A stretch of 37,772 nucleotides of DNA from positions 1-37,772 of the IMG/VR virus record IMGVR_UViG_2563366960_000009; one strand, given 5' to 3'. Below the pieces are notes generated by a model. That model was not told the DNA's origin. It did no database searches and saw only the letters and a program-made list of their open reading frames with translations. Origin of the DNA: a virus (taxonomy: Duplodnaviria > Heunggongvirae > Uroviricota > Caudoviricetes). This document shows positions 1-6,722 of this stretch, in pieces. Both the position numbers and the translations under genes were made by a program. Each line of letters starts with the position of its first letter. The first letter of the stretch is position 1.

Positions 1-1005
1 TTAATCCCCCGTGGACACTGCGTGGACACTCACGCCACCTTTCAGCGGATTAAGGGCCACCGCATCCTGCAGGTAATCCGGTGCAAAATGTGCATATGCC
101 ATTGTTTGCTGAATGGTTGCGTGACCAAGAATCTTCTGAAGTGCAATAATGTTTCCTCCGTTCATCACAAAATGGCTGGCGAACGTATGCCGCAGCACAT
201 GTGCAGCCTGGCCTTTTGGCAAATCGGGCTTAACTCTTTTCAGCGCCAGACAGAATTCCCGGTACTTCACCTCAAACAAGCTCCCTGTTTCTCTGGTTCT
301 GATCGCCTCACAAACCGCCTGCGAAATTGGCACCGTTCTCTTCCGGCCATTTTTGGTTTCAAGAAACGTTACACGGTTATGAACTATCTGTTCACCACGA
401 AGCTTACAAGCTTCACTCCAGCGCGCCCCTGTGCTTAAACACAAAAGCGCAACACGCCAGTAGTCGCCCTCCAGTGTATCGAGCAATAGCGCTACTTCCT
501 TCTGGGACAGGAAAGCCATCTCTCGTGGGGATACATAAAGAATAGAAATCCCCCTTACCGGATGCTCTGCATCCCAGAGGCCTATTTTCTTCAGTACGGT
601 AAACATTCCGGATAACCGATTCATGTATCTGTTAGCAGATGACGGTTTCAATCCATCAGCTATCTTTTGAGAACGCCACGCGATAATTTTCAGCTTATCA
701 AGATCCACAGCCTGCATATCAGCGCCAAGCTCATTGATTATGTTGCGCAGTTGTTTTCGGTCTTCTTCCGCCTTACGCCTGTGCTGGCCGTGATACATCC
801 ACCACAACTCAAGCAAATCATTTAGCGTTCGACGATCACGGTAGCCCTGTATATATTCCCGCTTTTCAGCGTTCGCCATGATGTAGCGTTCAGTGGCCAC
901 CGCTACCGATTTTTTGTCAAATACCTTACGCACGCGCTTTCCCTTGCGTCCGTTCGGCCTGATGTCCAGCAAATAACGACCATCTTCGAGCTTCTTAATC
1001 GACAT
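1..1005 (-). CDS. int: Phage integrase, tyrosine recombinase (P2 Int-like)
   Basis: ORF 1..1020 on the minus strand; the first codon in the track is a non-ATG start, so the ATG at 1005 is preferred (MSIKKLEDGRY...). C-terminal LRHTFASH...GHATIQQTMAYAH resembles the tyrosine-recombinase catalytic region. Position at the prophage end next to the repressor matches P2 organisation. Confidence 0.9.
   Translation of the reverse strand: MSIKKLEDGRYLLDIRPNGRKGKRVRKVFDKKSVAVATERYIMANAEKREYIQGYRDRRTLNDLLELWWMYHGQHRRKAEEDRKQLRNIINELGADMQAVDLDKLKIIAWRSQKIADGLKPSSANRYMNRLSGMFTVLKKIGLWDAEHPVRGISILYVSPREMAFLSQKEVALLLDTLEGDYWRVALLCLSTGARWSEACKLRGEQIVHNRVTFLETKNGRKRTVPISQAVCEAIRTRETGSLFEVKYREFCLALKRVKPDLPKGQAAHVLRHTFASHFVMNGGNIIALQKILGHATIQQTMAYAHFAPDYLQDAVALNPLKGGVSVHAVSTGD
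11..29. repeat. Putative attL core: gtggacactgcgtggacac, direct-repeat partner of 36592..36610
   Basis: A 19-bp sequence recurs at 36592..36610 with one mismatch (14 bp perfect, cactgcgtggacac). It overlaps the 3' end of int, as is common for att cores. Confidence 0.5.
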
Positions 1006-1101
1006 TGCGAAGCCCTCCAATGAACCGCTCTACAATTTCTCCAGCCTCTTTCCAGCAATAATCAGACCAGACAAAAAGCAGGTCTAACCAGTTTTCTGGC
1101 C

Positions 1102-1689
1102 TCAGCGGGGTAATTTTTGTTTTGTTTCGGTTGAACTCTGATCGCCCTCCAAACTGGAGAAGCCATCAAGAGAGAGAGGCGGAGCAATCTGCCCCGTCGC
1201 AGCATTAGTTTGATTAAACATTACCCAATCCGAATACTTCCGAAAACGGGGATGATTCAAAATCAGGAGTAGCGTTTCTCCAGGTATCATTCTTCCCAAT
1301 ATTTCATAATTTTTGAGATTGTTTTGAGATACCCCTGTCACCTCTTCCATCGCTCTACGCGACAATCCCTCTGCCTCTCGAATCAGGCGGAGTTTTTCTC
1401 CAAGCTCAGATACCACTTCAGATCCACTACCAGCCAATGGCGTGGGTTCAATTTGCCCATTATCTGGAGACACTTGCCCCGTCATAAGCCAAAGCGCGTA
1501 TTTTTTGAACCTATCAACCTGTAAAACTCGCTCAACCAACTCTGCTCTAGCAGGCTGATGACCTGTTTCATATTTCTGAATAGTATTAAGTGGAATCCCT
1601 GTAATATCAGAGAATTGACGTCTGCTTAACTCTTCCGCCTCCCTCATTCTCATGAGTCTTTGCGAATAGTCTATTGACACGTTTCTCAT
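1102..1689 (-). CDS. Immunity repressor (CI/C-like) with two tandem XRE-type helix-turn-helix segments
   Basis: Two similar segments, LSRRQFSDITGIPLNTIQKYETG and LSRRAMEEVTGVSQNNLKNYEILG, look like HTH motifs. ATG at 1689 has an AGGAG ribosome-binding site upstream; the track's 1737 start is a TTG. Divergent from the cox-like gene. Confidence 0.7.
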   Translation of the reverse strand: MRNVSIDYSQRLMRMREAEELSRRQFSDITGIPLNTIQKYETGHQPARAELVERVLQVDRFKKYALWLMTGQVSPDNGQIEPTPLAGSGSEVVSELGEKLRLIREAEGLSRRAMEEVTGVSQNNLKNYEILGRMIPGETLLLILNHPRFRKYSDWVMFNQTNAATGQIAPPLSLDGFSSLEGDQSSTETKQKLPR

Positions 1690-1741
1690 GTGAGAAATAT
1701 ACTCCTTTCTAAATTGAGAAATGCAAGAACAACTCAAATAG

Positions 1742-1779
1742 CCAAAATAAGCCTATATAAGCCATTTTGGGCCATTTGG
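1742..1779. promoter_or_regulatory. Putative operator in the lysis-lysogeny switch region: inverted repeat CCAAAAT/ATTTTGG plus direct repeats GCCATTTGG
   Basis: Read directly: ccaaaataagcctatataagccattttgggccatttgg lies between the divergent repressor and cox-like starts. Confidence 0.4.
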
Positions 1780-1801
1780 ACGAATTAAGGAGATTACCAC
1801 A

Positions 1802-2089
1802 ATGAGCGAATCAGAGCTTGAGGGGTTCATTCAGGTAGCAACATATCCACTTGAAGCGGTGCCATATCAACTATTTGCCAAGATGATTGGTCGCAAAGAA
1901 TCAACCGTCAGAACCATGATTGACGCTGCAAAGTTACCAACGATTGACTTTGTGAAACCAGGTTCAGTGAAGACGCGAGCATCAGAAAACTGGGTATATC
2001 TGCCAGCATTTAACGCAGGTATGCGCAAAGCATTTTTTGATCAGCCGAAAGAGCGCCGCGACGCATGGTTGCTCTGGCTGGGTCTTTGA
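1802..2089 (+). CDS. Cox/Apl-like excisionase and transcriptional regulator (first early gene)
   Basis: 95-aa ORF with AGGAG site, divergent from the repressor, in the position of P2 cox / 186 apl. Assignment is by synteny only. Confidence 0.45.
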   Translation: MSESELEGFIQVATYPLEAVPYQLFAKMIGRKESTVRTMIDAAKLPTIDFVKPGSVKTRASENWVYLPAFNAGMRKAFFDQPKERRDAWLLWLGL

Positions 2090-2100
2090 CGAGGATTTTT

Positions 2101-2442
2101 ATGAGACAACAACGTAATTCACGCTTTCGTAATGGTGCTGAACGCCACGCTAACCGTTTCGCTACCAGTGCATCACGCAGCAACATCCGCTACAGCCTGA
2201 GCGATACACACGCAACGCCGGATGGCTACCCTGTAAAACAAATCGGTGAGCATGCCTGGCTGATTGAAAAAGCTGGAATCGTGGTCCACAAATGCCCACG
2301 CAATCCGTTTACCGGAAACCGCATTTTTGCATTGAGCTGCGGCGACAATCAGTTCGGGCAGGATTTCACATTATACGAAGCACTACGCACGGTTGATCGC
2401 CTGCTTCGTGGGCAAAGTTTTATTAAACAGGCTGATTTATAA
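2101..2442 (+). CDS. Early-operon hypothetical protein
   Basis: ORF 2065..2442, ATG at 2101; co-directional early gene block. Confidence 0.5.
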   Translation: MRQQRNSRFRNGAERHANRFATSASRSNIRYSLSDTHATPDGYPVKQIGEHAWLIEKAGIVVHKCPRNPFTGNRIFALSCGDNQFGQDFTLYEALRTVDRLLRGQSFIKQADL

Positions 2443-2452
2443 CAGGTGCTTT

Positions 2453-2731
2453 ATGACCAAAGAGCATGCACAAGGTGTATTTATCCGTTTTATTGATTTT
2501 CGCGGTGAACTGTTATTACGCGCATCGGCTATTGATGCTGTAGTCCCGGCAGCAAAAGATGTGGCTACTTACCTTTATCTGAACGGCACGCGATTGTTTG
2601 TGGAACTTCCGTACCAGACCGTGCGCGAAATTATTAGCGAAGCTGAAAAAGCACGTCAGGTTAATGGCGATGAACCCTATATCGAAATTATCTGCATGGA
2701 TTCAGAAGCTGAAATTCAAAAGGCAGATTAA
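2453..2731 (+). CDS. Early-operon hypothetical protein
   Basis: In-frame ATG at 2453 within ORF 2393..2731 (MTKEHAQGV...); tightly packed with neighbours. Confidence 0.5.
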   Translation: MTKEHAQGVFIRFIDFRGELLLRASAIDAVVPAAKDVATYLYLNGTRLFVELPYQTVREIISEAEKARQVNGDEPYIEIICMDSEAEIQKAD

Positions 2732-2742
2732 AGGGCGTTGCG

Positions 2743-2985
2743 ATGGATAAAGAATATAAAACTCTCGTCAATAAAGCACCTGAGCGCTTTCATTTTCGCA
2801 TAAGCGCATCAGGCACTCATGCTGAGCTCGCAGCCCGAGAGTCATTGACCAGGGCCATCAAGAGTATATACGACACAGCTTTTTACATTGACGACCCGGA
2901 CGCACTCGACGAGCTTTCCATTCTCGTCTGCGCCGCAGAAAACGGGCATCACATTGAACCGTATAACCTGGAGAGTATCGCATGA
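2743..2985 (+). CDS. Early-operon hypothetical protein
   Basis: 80-aa ORF, co-directional, short intergenic gaps. Confidence 0.5.
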   Translation: MDKEYKTLVNKAPERFHFRISASGTHAELAARESLTRAIKSIYDTAFYIDDPDALDELSILVCAAENGHHIEPYNLESIA

Positions 2986-3187
2986 GCATATTTATCTCAT
3001 GGCTTGTTCTGATTATTTCGGTGACCAGTGCCATTGGAATTATGCGAATTATTCATTCAGTGAAAAAGATTGAGCGTTTTTTCTCTGACGAATAACAGCA
3101 CAAGTAAAACACCGGATTAAATAAGAAAACCTGAAAATTATCCGCACTCGCGGAGGTATTCGTACATCCAAATAACGGAGAAAGAAA

Positions 3188-3556
3188 ATGAACGCAAAAA
3201 CCGAAGACACCCTTATCTCTCTGAAAATGTTATCCGCGATGGAGCGTGAAATGCACGAGCGAGCAACAAAGGTAGGCGCTCACATTCTCAGCGTTCATGC
3301 ACTGATGGTAGCCGGCGTCATAGAAAATGCCGCCGAGCTCATCGAGGAGCAACACAAGGAAATTAGCGACCTTAAAGCTCAGCTCGCAAACGTAACATCT
3401 GCATCCGACAACAAAGGGAGAGCCGTTCGCCTGGCCAACATGGATGCTTGCATTTATGTAATCGTGGGTGAAAACCCGGACCTTTTCCTTCTGAGACGAC
3501 TAACCGAAGACAGGGCATTTGAAGTCCACAAGTCCGAAGTGACCTTCATTAGCTGA
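3188..3556 (+). CDS. Early-operon hypothetical protein
   Basis: 122-aa ORF with GGAG site upstream. Confidence 0.5.
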   Translation: MNAKTEDTLISLKMLSAMEREMHERATKVGAHILSVHALMVAGVIENAAELIEEQHKEISDLKAQLANVTSASDNKGRAVRLANMDACIYVIVGENPDLFLLRRLTEDRAFEVHKSEVTFIS

Positions 3557-3567
3557 CGGGCGATGCA

Positions 3568-3897
3568 ATGGAAAAGCTGAAATACCACATGACTCTGATG
3601 AGTCACATTCTGAAAAGCGCAAGTGGCTTTTATGTATACCCGTTCAGCCCTTCATGGGATTCGGAGCTACAGCAGCTACTGAATGAAGGCATTCTCATCG
3701 CAACGAGCAAGTACAACGCGATTTTTCATCACAACGGCAACGTCGTTGAAGTATGGATTGCTAATCGCTGGTACGGCTACGGCTGGCTGAACCGCGTTAA
3801 CGGACGCGAGACTGACACCCCTTGCACCCGCCCACGCTTTCGCACCATGTACCGCCTGCATCAAATGGTGCAGGCCTTCCAGGCTAAGGAAACGTAA
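3568..3897 (+). CDS. Early-operon hypothetical protein
   Basis: 109-aa ORF; its stop overlaps the next start. Confidence 0.5.
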   Translation: MEKLKYHMTLMSHILKSASGFYVYPFSPSWDSELQQLLNEGILIATSKYNAIFHHNGNVVEVWIANRWYGYGWLNRVNGRETDTPCTRPRFRTMYRLHQMVQAFQAKET

Positions 3898-4100
3898 TGG
3901 CAATTAAGCGATTTACCGTCGTTCGTTTCACTTCCAGAGGACGTGAATACGAAGTTGACGAACGGCTGATTAAAACGCTCGACCGTCACCGTTCGCAACC
4001 TGACGCGCATCACATTTATCTCACTGACGACACTTACTTCTGCGCCACCAACGTGGTGCAGGTGAATCTTATCAGACAGGTACAGGAGTCACGCAGATGA
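3897..4100 (+). CDS. Early-operon hypothetical small protein
   Basis: 67-aa ORF, translationally coupled to neighbours. Confidence 0.45.
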   Translation: MAIKRFTVVRFTSRGREYEVDERLIKTLDRHRSQPDAHHIYLTDDTYFCATNVVQVNLIRQVQESRR

Positions 4101-4342
4101 CCATTCTGGACTACATCGCCGCCAATCCGGGGTGTAGCGGTGGAGAAATCGCCGCAGCACTGAATACCCCAACCACAGCCATTAATGCGGAGTTACGCCG
4201 TCTCTGGCGCAGCGGTTCAGTCATAAGAAAAGAACGCAAAACAGGCGGTCGCTTTTCTTATCAGGTAAACCCGATGCCGTTCGGGTGCGGCAATCCACTT
4301 ACCAACATGTTTAACCAGCTACTGAAGGAAGCCAGAGCATGA
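4097..4342 (+). CDS. Small putative winged-helix DNA-binding protein
   Basis: 81-aa ORF; overlapping stop/start with both neighbours. DNA-binding call is a guess from sequence character. Confidence 0.45.
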   Translation: MTILDYIAANPGCSGGEIAAALNTPTTAINAELRRLWRSGSVIRKERKTGGRFSYQVNPMPFGCGNPLTNMFNQLLKEARA

Positions 4343-4638
4343 GCGCCATCAACCACCAGGAATTACGCGAACTGGCATTTGCCCTGCAACGAATGGCAAC
4401 GCATCAAAAATTACTGGCGTTTCGCGCAATGCTCTCGCCGTCTGCCGTGCTGGCGCTACTGGATGAACTGGAGCACGCCAGAACCACGGCTCCTGCCATT
4501 CGCCTGACGCTCCATCATGAAATCGCTGATTTCTGCGCGACGCTGGAGGCACCAGGCGAACCGGAAACGCCGGAAGCAATGCAGCAGGAGCTGCTGCAAC
4601 GCATCGACAACGTTTTCGATTTTTTCCTTAACCAGTAA
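4339..4638 (+). CDS. Early-operon hypothetical protein
   Basis: 99-aa ORF, start overlaps the previous stop. Confidence 0.45.
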   Translation: MSAINHQELRELAFALQRMATHQKLLAFRAMLSPSAVLALLDELEHARTTAPAIRLTLHHEIADFCATLEAPGEPETPEAMQQELLQRIDNVFDFFLNQ

Positions 4639-4649
4639 AGGACCGCGAC

Positions 4650-4853
4650 ATGAACAAAAAGACCTGGTTTCGCGCATACATGTGGGCGCTGGTATGCGTC
4701 CTCGTCTCTCTCATTCTGTATGCAGGACTACTCCCCCGAATGATTTCATCAGACAGCTCCTTCCTGGTATTGCTGGGAATTTTCATTGCCATGCTGTACC
4801 CGGCAGGCGTTGTTCGCCTTTTCAGTAAGTACATCAAGGAAATCAAACAATGA
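4650..4853 (+). CDS. Small two-helix membrane protein, partner of the SPFH lipoprotein
   Basis: 67 aa with two hydrophobic helices (WALVCVLVSLILYAGLL and FLVLLGIFIAMLYPAGVV); stop overlaps the ATG of the next gene (ATGA). Confidence 0.55.
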   Translation: MNKKTWFRAYMWALVCVLVSLILYAGLLPRMISSDSSFLVLLGIFIAMLYPAGVVRLFSKYIKEIKQ

Positions 4854-5680
4854 AGAAATTCAAACTCTTTCAGATTCTCCCGCTTTTTGCCGCCATCCTG
4901 CTGGTTGGTTGCGATCGCGTTGAGCCAGGTAATGTGGGCATCAAAGTCAACAAACTGGGCGACGACAAAGGCGTCGGTGAAGTGGTTGGCGTTGGCCGCT
5001 ACTGGACAGGCTGGAATACAGAGGTTTACATCTTCCCGACCTTCAAACAAATGAAGACTTACGATGAGCCGTTCAACTTCCAGATGAGTGACGGCACAAC
5101 CATCGGCTATCACATCGGCGTGGCCTACAAAGTTGATCCATCCAAAGTTACCACGGTGTTTCAGACCTACCGCAAAGGCGTGGACGACATTACCGACACT
5201 GACCTGCGCCAGAAGATCGCCGATGCACTCAACCGACTGGCCAGCAAAATGACCACCGATAAGTTTATCGACGGTGGTAAGTCTGAACTGCTGGATTCAG
5301 CACTTAAAGATATTCAGGAAGAGATGACCCCCATCGGTATTCAGGTCATGAGCCTCTCTTATGTCGGTAAACCGGAATATCCGCCAACCGTTATCGACAG
5401 CATTAACGCCAAAGTCACGGCAAACCAGAAAACCCTGCAACGCGAACAGGAAGTCAAGCAACGCGAAGCAGAAGCCAACATGTTGCGCGCAGAAGCTGCC
5501 GGACAGGCCGATGCCATTCGCACAAAAGCCCAGGCTGAAGCCGACGCCATTCGTTTACGCGGCGAAGCTCTGCGCCAGAATCCCGGTGTTATGGAGCTGG
5601 AAGCGATCAACAAATGGAACGGCACGCTGCCGCAATACATGACCAGTAACACCGCTGTTCCGTTCGTTCCCGTGAAGTAA
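4850..5680 (+). CDS. SPFH/band-7 (prohibitin/stomatin-like) lipoprotein
   Basis: 276 aa. N-terminal signal peptide with lipobox LLVGC. C-terminal Ala/Glu/Arg/Gln-rich coiled-coil (QREQEVKQREAEANMLRAEAAGQADAIRTKAQAEADAIRLRGEALRQNP) typical of SPFH proteins. Confidence 0.7.
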   Translation: MKKFKLFQILPLFAAILLVGCDRVEPGNVGIKVNKLGDDKGVGEVVGVGRYWTGWNTEVYIFPTFKQMKTYDEPFNFQMSDGTTIGYHIGVAYKVDPSKVTTVFQTYRKGVDDITDTDLRQKIADALNRLASKMTTDKFIDGGKSELLDSALKDIQEEMTPIGIQVMSLSYVGKPEYPPTVIDSINAKVTANQKTLQREQEVKQREAEANMLRAEAAGQADAIRTKAQAEADAIRLRGEALRQNPGVMELEAINKWNGTLPQYMTSNTAVPFVPVK

Positions 5681-5842
5681 TGACACCCGGCCAGTGCAAA
5701 CCGCTGGCCGGAGCAGTATCAGGATTTTTTAGTATGCCGTTCTCACAAAAAAACCGCTTGCCATGCCGCAATCAGTCAGGTTACATTTTCGCTGCACCTC
5801 ATAAAACGGGTGCCGGGTTTCGCAGCCTGCTGACTACAAGAG

Positions 5843-5874
5843 CGCACAACCGCGCCAGCGGTTTTTTTGTGCGT
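5843..5874 (+). terminator. Putative intrinsic terminator (GC stem followed by a 7-T run) inside a 370-bp non-coding region
   Basis: gcgcacaaccgcgccagcggtttttttgtgcg: stem aaccgc/gcggtt then TTTTTTT. Confidence 0.35.
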
Positions 5875-6047
5875 ACTGTATTGCCACGTTTTTTTCGCGT
5901 CAGAATTATGGCGGGGCGTACGGGGCCGACTTCGGTCGGGCCGGGATCTCTTGTAGCCGGTACTGCGAACCTCGTACGTCTCGCCACCCACAGTTTCGCA
6001 GCTCTGGATGGTGAGTTTTCACAACTTACTACAAGAGGCCACATATC

Positions 6048-6278
6048 ATGGCAAACAGCAAACAGCACCGCGCTATCGCGGAGCGTCGCCACATCCAGAC
6101 TGAAATCGACCGCAGACTCACCCGCGCTGCACACATCGCCTTTATCATGCAATCCAACGCATTGCACAGGCTCAACAGTACTATTTCAGCCGACTACTGC
6201 GCCGCTGTATTCAGCTATCTGGCGGAAGACCTCCTGTCTCTTCAGGATCTCATCCAGCAGCAAAACAAACTCCATTAA
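6048..6278 (+). CDS. Hypothetical protein upstream of the replication gene
   Basis: 76-aa ORF with ATG start. Confidence 0.4.
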   Translation: MANSKQHRAIAERRHIQTEIDRRLTRAAHIAFIMQSNALHRLNSTISADYCAAVFSYLAEDLLSLQDLIQQQNKLH

Positions 6279-6350
6279 TTCCTGTTCCGGGCCTTTCCTG
6301 CACCTTGCGGCGGGAGGCCTTCGCACATCTGTAACAAGAGGATTGCCGCA

Positions 6351-6716
6351 ATGATTCTCGCCAACGACTTTCTTGAATACCTGCTCAACACAGAGCGTGA
6401 TCTTGCCGCTCGCGTACGTGATCGTTATGACATGTATCTGAAATCCCTGCCTGTACCGCAGCTCGCTGACGGAAAAATTGTTATTGATGGTCGCTACATG
6501 ATTGACAGCCACGAGGGGAATTACAGGCTTTACCGCATTGAAGCCGGCACCCCGTCCGTTATTGGCATTTACCAGCGCCCATCCTCTGCGATCGTCGATG
6601 TGATTGCCGACAGCATCCGCATCACACACCACCATGCCGACACAGAAGACACTGTGCTGGAGATTCAGCGGCTGGCTGCCGTTTGCCGTGACACTCTGAA
6701 CGGAATGACGAAGTAA
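6351..6716 (+). CDS. Hypothetical protein immediately upstream of A (position of P2 B / 186 CP8x genes)
   Basis: 121-aa ORF ending 7 bp before the A start. Confidence 0.5.
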   Translation: MILANDFLEYLLNTERDLAARVRDRYDMYLKSLPVPQLADGKIVIDGRYMIDSHEGNYRLYRIEAGTPSVIGIYQRPSSAIVDVIADSIRITHHHADTEDTVLEIQRLAAVCRDTLNGMTK

Positions 6717-6722
6717 ATCAGT

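Noticed and set aside
1-40. tRNA gene at the attachment site
   Set aside because: The att repeat and flanks show no tRNA-like acceptor or T-arm features by eye; the left host flank is not in the window.
5680-6354. 224-aa plus-strand ORF spanning the non-coding region
   Set aside because: Ser/Thr/Arg/Gly-rich low complexity, no ribosome-binding site, overlaps hairpins and the better-supported ORF at 6048..6278.
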